Shown here one piece after another: positions 17,603 to 26,008 of a DNA stretch of 45,817 nt. The number at the start of each line of letters is the position of its first letter. The stretch's first letter is position 1. The notes under the pieces are model-generated. The model was not told the origin of the DNA, did no database searches, and worked only from the letters and a program-made list of their open reading frames with translations. Source of the DNA: a virus (lineage: Duplodnaviria > Caudoviricetes); IMG/VR virus record IMGVR_UViG_3300044728_000254, positions 1 to 45,817 of that record; one strand, given 5' to 3'. The position numbers and the translations under genes were made by a program.

Positions 17603-18501
17603 GGATTCTCCATCCTGTCGATCTCCATCTTCAAGTGGTCGATCACCTCGAAAGCATCCATCAAAGCGAAACCCAGCTCGACATTCGCAGTAGCGATGCG
17701 CCTCAGGATGGAGGCGGGGGTAGGTCGGGCATGTTGTCGATCGTCCTGCCCGTTTTCTTCTCGGCTTTGATCGCCTGCCGAAGCTCCAGGAGCTTGTTCA
17801 CCCCCTCCACCTGCATGGCCGCCGCGCCGATCGTGATCTCGTTCGTGTTCCACCGCACGCGGATGTCCTCCGCTGAGTTTCTCGCCCGTTTGATCTTGAG
17901 GATCAGGGCCGACGTGGCCAGGGCATTGCCCGTCTTGTGCAACGTCCGCACGTTCTCCATCAGGATCGAGTCCAGCTCCTCCTCGTCCTTTTGCTTGGGC
18001 CCCGCGTGGGCGCTCACGTGCACCTCCTGGGCTTCCATCACCACCCCGCGGTACAGCCTTTTCAGGCTCATGCCCGGAAAGTCCACCAGCCGCTGGAGCT
18101 GCTCCCGGGTTCGCCCACCCGTGGTTAAGCGCTTGGTCGAAGCGTCCGGTGCGGTGGGGAAACCTCCAGGCCTTTTCTTCGCTTTGCTTTTCGCCTTTGT
18201 CTTCCTTGACGCTGGCATAGGGGTTTTCTCCTTTTCGAATAGCTTCGGCCCGCATCCGCAGGCCGTGTCGGTGTTGAGAGCTCTGCTCGTCGTCCCAGTA
18301 TGTTCCGAGCTGCATCGCCCGGTTCTCCTCCTCAACCAACACGGCCTCGACCGCGTCCACGATACCCGCGCGGATGGTGGCCCGGTAAATGTCGGCCAGG
18401 CCCTCCGGCTTGCCGTTCTTGTTGGCCCGCTCCACACACACCCGCACCACCCTGTCCGCCAGCTTTCCGCCCAACACATCCTCCATCGAAATCATCGCCA
18501 T
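17599..18501 (-). CDS. Hypothetical protein whose frame spans the nested 17703-18218 gene
   Basis: First gene after promoter/leader; GGGAG RBS; helical N- and C-terminal parts; ATGA coupling to next gene. Confidence 0.5.
   Translation of the reverse strand: MAMISMEDVLGGKLADRVVRVCVERANKNGKPEGLADIYRATIRAGIVDAVEAVLVEEENRAMQLGTYWDDEQSSQHRHGLRMRAEAIRKGENPYASVKEDKGEKQSEEKAWRFPHRTGRFDQALNHGWANPGAAPAAGGLSGHEPEKAVPRGGDGSPGGARERPRGAQAKGRGGAGLDPDGERADVAQDGQCPGHVGPDPQDQTGEKLSGGHPRAVEHERDHDRRGGHAGGGGEQAPGASAGDQSREENGQDDRQHARPTPASILRRIATANVELGFALMDAFEVIDHLKMEIDRMENP
17703..18218 (-). CDS. Basic helical protein (terminase small subunit candidate, unproven)
   Basis: AAAGGAG RBS before MPASRKTK; 171 aa; upstream of terL in the same operon. 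Confidence 0.6.
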   Translation of the reverse strand: MPASRKTKAKSKAKKRPGGFPTAPDASTKRLTTGGRTREQLQRLVDFPGMSLKRLYRGVVMEAQEVHVSAHAGPKQKDEEELDSILMENVRTLHKTGNALATSALILKIKRARNSAEDIRVRWNTNEITIGAAAMQVEGVNKLLELRQAIKAEKKTGRTIDNMPDLPPPPS

Positions 18502-18619
18502 CTCCCGCGCCTGTTTCTGTATGTACCCCCGCCCTGTAGTCCCTCCCCCAAGGGGGTCTACGGGCGGGCCTTGAACGCCGATTGTGCCTAAAACGTGCCG
18601 GTCTCTCCCGGCTGTCACC

Positions 18620-18697
18620 GCTATCCAGATGGAGTTGCACCAGCTTCTTCCGCGGTTGGAGGCCACGCGATCTAACCCTCTTTCAGTCCTGGCGTGC
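18620..18697 (-). ncRNA. tRNA-like cloverleaf in 5' leader
   Basis: GCACGCCA-gga-CTGA(aagaggg)TTAG-at-CGCG(tggcctccaac)CGCG-gaagaa-GCTGG(tgcaact)CCATC-TGGATAGC; 78 nt; imperfect stems. Confidence 0.4.
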
Positions 18698-18720
18698 ATG
18701 GCACCAGTCGGACTGCCCCC

Positions 18721-18749
18721 ATTATAGATTGACATTCGAATAAGGGCAA
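18721..18749 (-). promoter_or_regulatory. Sigma70-type promoter (leftward)
   Basis: TTGCCC-17 nt-TATAAT. Confidence 0.7.
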
Positions 18750-18757
18750 GTTAGTGT
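18729..18757 (+). promoter_or_regulatory. Sigma70-type promoter (rightward), probably leaderless transcript
   Basis: TTGACA-17 nt-TAGTGT; ATG at 18764. Confidence 0.7.
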
Positions 18758-18763
18758 TGAGTT

Positions 18764-19234
18764 ATGGTCCGTTACTTGACGGCTGGCAGGCCCCGGCCCG
18801 GGTTTGGAAAATACGGCGTCGCCCCCAAGGATCGGCGCACGTACAACGGCGTCGTCTACCACTCCCTGGCCGAGGCCCGCCGCGCTCAAATCCTCGACTT
18901 GCTGGTCCGCGGAAACGTCGTGATCCGCTGGGAACGCCAGGTCAAGCACCACCTGGGCACCGTGCACAACGTGTACGTCGTCGATTTCGTGGTCTACGAA
19001 TCGGACGGATCCGTGCACGCCGAGGACGTCAAGGGCTGCCGCACGCGGGACTTCGCCCGCAACGTGAAGCTGTGGCGCGACTACGGCGCCATGCCCCTGC
19101 ATTTGTTGACCCCCGGTGGACGGAACCGCTGGGCGGTCGAGATCATCGACCCCAAAGGAAAGACTCCCCATGCTGACGCAACCGATTCATCCCATCGACA
19201 AAAAAAGAAACCGGTTCCTGCTCCAGTTTCATGA
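18764..19234 (+). CDS. DUF1064-family PD-(D/E)XK endonuclease
   Basis: KYG...TYNGVVYHSLAEARR...WERQV...YVVDFVV...EDVKG..T. Confidence 0.85.
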   Translation: MVRYLTAGRPRPGFGKYGVAPKDRRTYNGVVYHSLAEARRAQILDLLVRGNVVIRWERQVKHHLGTVHNVYVVDFVVYESDGSVHAEDVKGCRTRDFARNVKLWRDYGAMPLHLLTPGGRNRWAVEIIDPKGKTPHADATDSSHRQKKKPVPAPVS

Positions 19235-19619
19235 CGCCAACAACTACGTGGTGGGCATCTGCCCGCTGTATGTGTTGGGTTTTCGCCAGACAGGCAGCGG
19301 GACGCAGGTTTCCGTCGCCCGCGGCGGGGCGGTGGACGTCTTCAATGTGAAGGACCTACCCTCGGAGGTGGCGAACCGCCTGGACGAGGCCTTCGAGGTG
19401 ATGGAAGACTCCTTTGTGGCCTCCTTCCTGCGCAACGACGTGGGGGCCATGGAAGATCGCCTCCAGACCCGGATCACACAGCAGCTCCGGGAGGATCTCA
19501 TCAAAGAGGTGACGGCGGGGTTGCGGCTCGTGGTCCGCGATGAGGTGGCCACCATGGCCGCCCTGGATGCGGCGCCTTCCGAGCCCGAGAAGGTCACACC
19601 CAAGAAAAAGGCCGGATAA
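19170..19619 (+). CDS. Hypothetical protein
   Basis: AAAGGA RBS before MLTQP; beta-rich N-terminus, helical C-terminus. Confidence 0.7.
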   Translation: MLTQPIHPIDKKRNRFLLQFHDANNYVVGICPLYVLGFRQTGSGTQVSVARGGAVDVFNVKDLPSEVANRLDEAFEVMEDSFVASFLRNDVGAMEDRLQTRITQQLREDLIKEVTAGLRLVVRDEVATMAALDAAPSEPEKVTPKKKAG

Positions 19620-19625
19620 GGCCGG

Positions 19626-19973
19626 CTAGGGCTGGCCGCGGTCGATGGTTCCCGGGTGCAGCTCACCCTTGATCACGTTCCCCGCGTGGCAGAATGCCTC
19701 TACAAAATCCTGCGAAGGGCTATTTCCCTTCATCACGTCCAGATCGTAGCGATGCACTGAGTACTTCTTCTCATTGATGTGCGTGGTGCAGATGCCCCAG
19801 AATTCGCACGACTTCGACATGGCGCCATCCGGCATGGGCTTGAGCGGTGCGTAGTACCTCCGCCCGTCCTTGCGTTCCACGATCACCACCACCCAGCGAA
19901 CATCCTCCTCCAGGTGACGGACGTCTCCGTCCGCCGGACCACCGAAAAACTCTCGATCAACTGCTTTGCTCAT
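19626..19973 (-). CDS. Phage hypothetical protein (F.GGP.DG motif)
   Basis: FFGGPADG N-terminal motif; similar motif in 30669-31031. Confidence 0.6.
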   Translation of the reverse strand: MSKAVDREFFGGPADGDVRHLEEDVRWVVVIVERKDGRRYYAPLKPMPDGAMSKSCEFWGICTTHINEKKYSVHRYDLDVMKGNSPSQDFVEAFCHAGNVIKGELHPGTIDRGQP

Positions 19974-20139
19974 GCCTAACGCTCCCGCAATCGTAACAGG
20001 TGAACACCCGGAACGTCATCACCTCCGCCGTATACGCCGCCCCACAGACGCACACGCGAAACACTTCGTCCGCGTTGGTTGCACACCCACACGGCAACTG
20101 ATGCTCTTTGTGTTTCTCGGGCACGTGCCAATCGATCAT
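19957..20139 (-). CDS. Small Zn-finger protein
   Basis: LPCGC, CVCG, CYDCG; ATGA coupling. Confidence 0.55.
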   Translation of the reverse strand: MIDWHVPEKHKEHQLPCGCATNADEVFRVCVCGAAYTAEVMTFRVFTCYDCGSVRHEQSS

Positions 20140-20381
20140 GTGCCGCCATCCCAGGCCACTTGCTGGCCAGGCAGGTCATCTGTTCGGGGCACGGTCACCC
20201 GCGCCGCCATACGCAGGGGCCTACGAGACCACTCCATCAGGGCCTCGTAGCAGCCACCGCACAGATCGAAGTGTTTCCGCCGTCCGCGCGAGCGGGCCAT
20301 GGACAAAAGAAAATGGGCATCGCGGCCCCGCCCCGAGAGCGGCATCCTGTGCCCGCAGCGATCACACTCGTGGAACCTCAT
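20136..20381 (-). CDS. Small Zn-finger protein
   Basis: CDRCG...DLCGGC; ATGA coupling. Confidence 0.65.
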   Translation of the reverse strand: MRFHECDRCGHRMPLSGRGRDAHFLLSMARSRGRRKHFDLCGGCYEALMEWSRRPLRMAARVTVPRTDDLPGQQVAWDGGT

Positions 20382-20605
20382 AACTTGTCCAGCTTGTCCG
20401 CCTTCTCATTGAGGAGGTCCGCGATCCTCCTGGCGTGTTTGGAATCCAGTCCGATCCACGCCACCGCCACGCCGAAGTCCATCAAAATCTTCCGGTGTTC
20501 CGGGTCGATGGCGATGGCAATCTGCAGCTGCCCTTGATCGTGCTTGTTCAACGGCCCCTTCTCATCGAACCGCCCAAGAGGCCCCGCTTTTCCGCTGATG
20601 CTCAT
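20378..20605 (-). CDS. Conserved phage hypothetical protein
   Basis: GRF..GPLN.HDQGQL.IAI...MDFG..VAWIGL pattern; true start MSISGK by ATGA coupling. Confidence 0.7.
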   Translation of the reverse strand: MSISGKAGPLGRFDEKGPLNKHDQGQLQIAIAIDPEHRKILMDFGVAVAWIGLDSKHARRIADLLNEKADKLDKL

Positions 20606-20919
20606 GCGGCGTCCCTCACGTTGGGGTCGATGGTGATCCCCGCCTCGTCTTCCCGGACCAGCACGTGTTTGCCCCGCCCGTGGATGTACAACGCGACAGC
20701 CTGGCCGCCTCCGGTCCCCAGGGCCACCTCGTGATTTCCCCTGCTGAAGGCGGCCAGGCTCGCCAGGATCAGATCGTCCATCACGCCGGGGTCCTTGAGC
20801 AGGGACCGAAGATAGGTGGGGTCCAGCACGAACAGCAGCCCGCTTTCGCAGGGAGCAAAGCCGCGCGAATGGCCGGCTCGGATACGTGCACTCTCCTTGA
20901 TGGTTTCGGTGGTTTCCAT
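20602..20919 (-). CDS. Hypothetical protein, first gene of a probable early operon
   Basis: AAGGAG RBS before METTE; promoter immediately upstream. Confidence 0.7.
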   Translation of the reverse strand: METTETIKESARIRAGHSRGFAPCESGLLFVLDPTYLRSLLKDPGVMDDLILASLAAFSRGNHEVALGTGGGQAVALYIHGRGKHVLVREDEAGITIDPNVRDAA

Positions 20920-20942
20920 TTGAGTTGATCTCCTTCGGCGAT

Positions 20943-20971
20943 ACACTACTGAGTATCGGCGAATAAGTCAA
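20943..20971 (-). promoter_or_regulatory. Sigma70-type promoter
   Basis: TTGACT-17 nt-TAGTGT with AT-rich upstream tract. Confidence 0.75.
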
Positions 20972-21021
20972 CATAATTAAGAAGAAAATCCTACCGAACA
21001 GAATCCTGCCCTGTGAGTTTC

Positions 21022-21603
21022 TTAGATCGAATGATTGATGAGATTCGAGACGGGACGCCAGAGCGCGCCCAGGGCGGTCATGGTAGTCGCGGTGGCGTCG
21101 AACTCGATCAGCAAAGACTTGTAACCCAGGGTGGGCAGGAGCAGGACAGCCTCCTGGTTGGCCACCGAAACGACCTCCGCCCCGACCGGGTTGTAGCCGC
21201 CGCCCAGGGTCGCGTCCCAGCCGATGGCTTCCAGCCAGGCCGCGGTGGCGCCCCACTTGCGGTCGTCGGTGGGTACCTGGCCGGCGTCGATCGTCTTGGT
21301 GCCCAGGGTGAGGCGGCCGCGGAACAGGCGGTGCCCGCAACCCACGTTGGGCAGGGATGTGTCCATGCCCTGCGAAGGGGTGCGCAGGTCCATCCATCCC
21401 GAGATCACGACGTCACAGATCTGGGCCGCGGCGGAGCGACCGAAGGCCCGCAGGGCCACGATGCTGACGCCGACCTCCAAGGGGATCATCTTGAGCTTGA
21501 GGGCCGCGGTGACGTCGGACGGCTGGTATTTGGTCAGCAGGGTGTCAGCGGGAGCCGTCGTCTGCGTGCGCCATGTGCGCCATTGATCGAACATGCCGAA
21601 CAT
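21022..21603 (-). CDS. Hypothetical beta-rich protein, possibly virion-associated
   Basis: About 193 aa, T/A/G-rich, GC3-rich codons; start uncertain. Confidence 0.55.
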   Translation of the reverse strand: MFGMFDQWRTWRTQTTAPADTLLTKYQPSDVTAALKLKMIPLEVGVSIVALRAFGRSAAAQICDVVISGWMDLRTPSQGMDTSLPNVGCGHRLFRGRLTLGTKTIDAGQVPTDDRKWGATAAWLEAIGWDATLGGGYNPVGAEVVSVANQEAVLLLPTLGYKSLLIEFDATATTMTALGALWRPVSNLINHSI

Positions 21604-21622
21604 GTCCGCGAAGTCTAGCGGG

Positions 21623-21832
21623 TTATGGGTTGCTGTCCAGAGGTGGATCGGTCCGGTGGGTGATCCGCAGGAGTCCTGGATGCGGCGCCATCCACCAGGG
21701 AATCTCATAGTGGTCCTTGCAGACCGCTCCGCCCATCTCCGGGTCGGGAGCGTAGGAAATATCCCCACACAGCCGGCCGTCTTCGAGGTTGGCGATGCAG
21801 CGGTTATCGATGGGTTCCATGAGGCGGGTCAT
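21623..21832 (-). CDS. Small Cys/His protein
   Basis: C..LCG...VCKDH; ATGA coupling. Confidence 0.5.
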   Translation of the reverse strand: MTRLMEPIDNRCIANLEDGRLCGDISYAPDPEMGGAVCKDHYEIPWWMAPHPGLLRITHRTDPPLDSNP

Positions 21833-22059
21833 TTCTTCGTGACCCTGTTGGCTGCGGCTTCTCTCAGCTCGCGCTCACACTCCAAGTACAAGGGACTCTG
21901 CAGGCAGAACTCATTGATCGCGTTGAGGGACGAACCGTATCGCTGGGCCACCAGGTTGGCCGCGGCGATCAGGTGGTTGAACTGTCCCCCGACTCGCCAC
22001 ATGATTAAGATGTGCCTCGCCTTGCCCTTGGCTCGCTTGGCTTTCTTGACCGGCTTCAT
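21829..22059 (-). CDS. Small basic protein, possible DNA-binding regulator
   Basis: Basic N-terminus, strand then helices; directly behind a promoter. Confidence 0.6.
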   Translation of the reverse strand: MKPVKKAKRAKGKARHILIMWRVGGQFNHLIAAANLVAQRYGSSLNAINEFCLQSPLYLECERELREAAANRVTKK

Positions 22060-22066
22060 TCTCGGA

Positions 22067-22095
22067 ATTATGCCCGGTTAAGGGGAGTTAGTCAA
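22067..22095 (-). promoter_or_regulatory. Sigma70-type promoter, probably leaderless transcript
   Basis: TTGACT-17 nt-CATAAT; ATG follows after 7 nt. Confidence 0.75.
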
Positions 22096-22097
22096 CC

Positions 22098-22346
22098 ATG
22101 ATCGTTTCCGGGTTGTGTGTTCGCTTGGTCGGCTGGTCGTTTCTGTACTGCCAGGGCGCCCTTACCGGCCCCGGCGTTCCCCAGCCACACTGGGATATCA
22201 CCCGCGATGGGTTCTTCGACCTCCACGACTTCGCCGAGTTTCAGAACGGCATGCACACCCAGGCCGACAGGCGGAAGGGCTATCGAACCTGCTGCGTCAC
22301 GCCGGAGGACTGCCTGCCCATCTACTGTGATTGGTACGGCCCGTGA
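22098..22346 (+). CDS. Small protein with a dockerin-like loop
   Basis: GGGGAG RBS; WDITRDGFFDLHDFAEFQN. Confidence 0.6.
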   Translation: MIVSGLCVRLVGWSFLYCQGALTGPGVPQPHWDITRDGFFDLHDFAEFQNGMHTQADRRKGYRTCCVTPEDCLPIYCDWYGP

Positions 22347-23197
22347 AAATCCCTCTCCCCCTCCTCCTGCTCTGCGCTATCGCCCGAGGCGGACCCATCG
22401 AGTGCATTCAGGCCGGCGTCGAGCATGTCTATGTCGATTTGGGCGTATACACGCTCATGGAACCACTGATAATTCCGAGCAATGTTACAATCTTCTGCGA
22501 ACCAGGCGCTGTTTTCGAGGCAGCACCGGGAGCGTTTCTTGGCGTTCACGACTCCCTCGTCGTCATGGAGAACTCAACCAATGTTGCGATTCACAACTGT
22601 GAATTCCGAATGCGAAAATCAGACTACCAGCAGCCGCCCTATGAGCTTTCAGAATTTCGTCATGCAATTAACCTTAGGGGAGCAAGCAATGTTAGTCTGT
22701 TTAGTGTTGGAGTATTTCAATCCGGGGGCGATGGCATCTGCATTGAAGCCCTTGTCAGCGGCCCGTTCTCCGAGGACCGAAAACCGTCAAAGAACGTCAC
22801 TATTGAACGTTTGACCGCCAAGGGCAATTACCGCACCGGCCTGGCCGTCGTCTCCGCAGATGGCCTTACGGTGCGTGATTCGCTGTTTGAGGGTACCAAG
22901 GGCACTTCGACGAACGCCGGCGTGAACTGCGAGCCATCCCACGGGGGCGATCAGCTTAAGGACATCTTGTTCGAGAGATGCACGGCTAGAGAAAATGGCG
23001 GTTCGGCCTTTCGCGTGAACATGGACCGCCAGAATCAAAATTCCAAGCCGGTGAGCGTTGAGTTCCGAGATTGCATCGCCGAGCGCGTGCCCATCGGCCA
23101 TTCGATCATCATGCTCAATGAGTGGGGCTACAATCTCAACAGCGTCAAGCCCAAGGGACGCATCTGCTGGGACGCAAGCTGCCAGACCAACCCCTGA
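22343..23197 (+). CDS. Secreted right-handed beta-helix (pectin-lyase-like) protein
   Basis: GTGA-coupled start, signal-like KIPLPLLLLCAIA; FRHAINLRG..NV, SGGDGI, NYRTGLAVVS beta-helix repeats. Confidence 0.8.
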   Translation: MKIPLPLLLLCAIARGGPIECIQAGVEHVYVDLGVYTLMEPLIIPSNVTIFCEPGAVFEAAPGAFLGVHDSLVVMENSTNVAIHNCEFRMRKSDYQQPPYELSEFRHAINLRGASNVSLFSVGVFQSGGDGICIEALVSGPFSEDRKPSKNVTIERLTAKGNYRTGLAVVSADGLTVRDSLFEGTKGTSTNAGVNCEPSHGGDQLKDILFERCTARENGGSAFRVNMDRQNQNSKPVSVEFRDCIAERVPIGHSIIMLNEWGYNLNSVKPKGRICWDASCQTNP

Positions 23198-24346
23198 CTA
23201 TTTGCCAAGGGTGGTCTTTCCCCGCAGCGTTGCATTGCCCAGGATGCGAACGGTCGCGTCGGACGCCATCCCGATCAAGGCCACGGCGGCATCGCTCAAG
23301 ATCGCTCCAATGAGTCCCCCCGGCTCCTGTTGAAACTGCTGCTGGATGATGTGCTGAGCCACGGTCGGCGTCACCCCCTTGGCGCAGAAATGCACGGCCT
23401 CGCTACCCCCAGCCGGCGATTCGTTGCGCGACTCCTGCACCACCACGCCGTCGTAAGTGGTTCGCACCGACGCTTCCTGACTCCCCGACCCGCGACGGTA
23501 TCGACCGCACGAGAGCATGAGAGACAAAAACGCCCGTGACGGGAATATGTCATTGAGGCCGGGCTTGGCAATGTACGTACTGGTGTTCGTGTCGTCGCCC
23601 ATGTCCTCAGCCTCGACCACGTCGCCCAGGGTATCGATGCGAATGGCGACAACGGACGCCTGGGTCGTTGAAACACTCCCTGTCGTCGAAACCTTGTGCT
23701 CGATAGTGAGCACGTCCCCGGCGGCCAGGGTGAGCCTCTGCATCGCGGCCCATGGCAAAAAGTGAATCACGGAATTCGCCCGCATGGTCTGATCGCCGTA
23801 GCCGGTGGTCCCGTTGACCGCCAGGCGCATGTTGAAGTTGGCCGTGGTCTCGTCCTTGCCGGTTTTGGCGCAGGCCAGCACGAGGTAGTCACCGGGCTCC
23901 GTGATGGTGACCGTGCTGTTGGTCACCGTCTCGAACGTCGTGCTGTTGGTGGAGCTGCCCGCCAGGATGTAGTCGTTGGCCAGGTCACATTCGAGCATTT
24001 TGAACACGCCCAGGAAGGCCTGCCTGGCCGTCGCTGCTGCACCGCCAATGGGATTGATGAACAGTTCAAAGAGTTCCCCTGCGCCCTGCGCCGTGTAGGG
24101 TGCGATCATCGGGCAGGAGAAGCGATCATTGACTGAGTCACGGACCGCAACGCTATAGCTGTAAACTCCAAAGATTTCCACCTCAAACGCCGTTATGTCA
24201 ACACCCGCCGCCACCGTGCCGATCACCAGATAGCGATCACCTGGCGTCCACGTTGGAGTCAGCGCAGCCGTCGCAAAAAAAGACGTACTCGTGGTCGGAC
24301 CAGCCCATTCGTTGAATTGGAAATTCCGGTTCACAGCGAGTTCCAC
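23198..24346 (-). CDS. Tail fibre / receptor-binding-like protein with repeated beta-sandwich modules
   Basis: T/A/S-rich, repeated PGDYLV-type strands; end of fibre operon. Confidence 0.6.
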   Translation of the reverse strand: MELAVNRNFQFNEWAGPTTSTSFFATAALTPTWTPGDRYLVIGTVAAGVDITAFEVEIFGVYSYSVAVRDSVNDRFSCPMIAPYTAQGAGELFELFINPIGGAAATARQAFLGVFKMLECDLANDYILAGSSTNSTTFETVTNSTVTITEPGDYLVLACAKTGKDETTANFNMRLAVNGTTGYGDQTMRANSVIHFLPWAAMQRLTLAAGDVLTIEHKVSTTGSVSTTQASVVAIRIDTLGDVVEAEDMGDDTNTSTYIAKPGLNDIFPSRAFLSLMLSCGRYRRGSGSQEASVRTTYDGVVVQESRNESPAGGSEAVHFCAKGVTPTVAQHIIQQQFQQEPGGLIGAILSDAAVALIGMASDATVRILGNATLRGKTTLGK

Positions 24347-24681
24347 AATGTCCGCATGGCCGCGATGTTCACATCGGCCTTGAACGCCGCGAAGGTGGAA
24401 GCGGATTGCAAGGCGGTCAGGATGGTCACCACCTGCTTTTGGAGGTCATAGGTCTGTTGGAACTTGCCGACCTTAAGATCATAGGCCCGCTGGGCCAGAA
24501 TGAGTTGCCGGGCCTCGGGGATGTGGGATTGAATGTCCGCCAGGGTCGGCTTGGGAACCGGCGAGCCGGGCAGGATCACCAGGTCGTTGTACTCCGTGCC
24601 GGAGAGGGTAAACAACATTCCCGGGTAGAAGTACCCCAGGCAGAAGGCGATCTCTTCGTGGGTTGCATCGATGAGCGGCAT
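24331..24681 (-). CDS. Tail fibre assembly chaperone (XkdW-like)
   Basis: YPG..FTLSG..Y..L......PKPTLADI pattern. Confidence 0.6.
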   Translation of the reverse strand: MPLIDATHEEIAFCLGYFYPGMLFTLSGTEYNDLVILPGSPVPKPTLADIQSHIPEARQLILAQRAYDLKVGKFQQTYDLQKQVVTILTALQSASTFAAFKADVNIAAMRTLWNSL

Positions 24682-25796
24682 TACAGTTTCTCCAGTCGAA
24701 TCCGCAGAGCGTAGGCCATGCCGGCGGCGGTGCTCGCGTAGTTGATCGTTTTGTACTGGATGGCCACGCCGACTTTTGCGTAGAAACCCACGACGCCGGA
24801 GAACATCGTGCCCACCACATTTGCAGTAAGCAGCCCGCTTTGGCCAAGCCCCGCGGCGCCAAGGATCGGACTCACGTCCAGAGTCACGGAAGCATTCGAA
24901 TCCTTATCCGTAAAAATGATTTGCGCGTTGGGCATGGTCGATGAAACAGACGCCGCCGTTGTGCAGACCAAAACCGCGCTGATCCGATAGAACCCCTCCA
25001 CCACGGAGCCCGCCGCCAGAAGATCGGCGGCGGCCACGTTTGCAGTCAGACCCGTGGAATTGATTTGTGCAATGATGGAAGGCAGGCCGTTCGAAACGGT
25101 TGGCACATCACCGTACTCATCTACGATCCCCGCACCGCTGATGGAAAGTTTTGTGGTCGGGTTACGGTCCGCAGTCCCCGCCCCTTGGTTTGGCGCCACC
25201 GTCTGGAAGGCGATGCCCGATCCGCCGTTGCCCGTGGCAATGCCGGACTGGATGATGTACGTACCGCCGTTTTTGTCCGTGGCTCCGGTGGTTGCCCCAC
25301 CGGCGTTCCCCGTGCGATTGTTGCCCGCCGCATTCCCGGCCGGATTGCGCAGCATCCCCTCCAGCACCGCGCCCGCCCCGGTGAAGTCGAGCCCGTTGAA
25401 TCCGATGGAAGCGCCGTTACCTAGACGAAGCAGGTTGTCCGTCTGGGGGTACATGTACCGAAGGAGCGTGACGCCTGGAAGCAACACATCGCCATCGGCG
25501 CCCACCTCCACCATGGTGGTGGCCAGGAGGCCGAGTATGCCGGCGGCGCGGGACCACACCTTGTTGCCCGAGGCCCGGTAATACTGCGGGACATCACCGA
25601 CGAACATCCGGTACCCGCCGATGAGCGCTTCCGGAAAAGCCCGTGGAAGGAAGCCCAAGACATTCTGGATGTCCACCGCCGAAGGATAGAGCGGCGCCCC
25701 GGGCCGCTGACCGTAAACCTGCTTGGCCAGCACGTCCTGGGACTCTCCGGCGTTCAGGGTGGTGAGAAAGTTGTGGTTGGCTCCGCTGCCGGGCAT
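24681..25796 (-). CDS. Tail fibre-like virion protein
   Basis: Gly-rich GGATTGATDKNGG...SGIATGNGGSG segment, beta-rich C-terminal domain. Confidence 0.65.
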   Translation of the reverse strand: MPGSGANHNFLTTLNAGESQDVLAKQVYGQRPGAPLYPSAVDIQNVLGFLPRAFPEALIGGYRMFVGDVPQYYRASGNKVWSRAAGILGLLATTMVEVGADGDVLLPGVTLLRYMYPQTDNLLRLGNGASIGFNGLDFTGAGAVLEGMLRNPAGNAAGNNRTGNAGGATTGATDKNGGTYIIQSGIATGNGGSGIAFQTVAPNQGAGTADRNPTTKLSISGAGIVDEYGDVPTVSNGLPSIIAQINSTGLTANVAAADLLAAGSVVEGFYRISAVLVCTTAASVSSTMPNAQIIFTDKDSNASVTLDVSPILGAAGLGQSGLLTANVVGTMFSGVVGFYAKVGVAIQYKTINYASTAAGMAYALRIRLEKL

Positions 25797-25990
25797 CAGG
25801 CATACCCTGACTTAGGTCCCGGAGCCTTGGTGGCGACTCCTTTGAGGGTCGACAGAGAAGGTGAAGGCGCTTGGGACGCCTGGAGCATACCATCAATTCG
25901 TTGCTTGAGGGCGACGGCCTCGGCGCTGCCCGCCGCATAGTTCAGACACTTGGATAGGAGCCGCAGCTCCCGCTCGTCAAATGGGGTCAC
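25796..25990 (-). CDS. Small hypothetical protein
   Basis: GGAAAGG RBS, GTG start, TGATG coupling. Confidence 0.55.
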   Translation of the reverse strand: MTPFDERELRLLSKCLNYAAGSAEAVALKQRIDGMLQASQAPSPSLSTLKGVATKAPGPKSGYA

Positions 25991-26008
25991 GGTGCACCAT
26001 CCTTTCCG

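Noticed and set aside
18620-18697. Canonical tRNA-Trp
   Set aside because: Acceptor stem broken, anticodon loop oversized, T-loop non-canonical, no CCA end; kept only as tRNA-like candidate
19201-19207. A AAA AAG slippery heptamer in DUF1064 gene overlap
   Set aside because: The downstream gene is in the +1 frame, so a -1 shift would not fuse them
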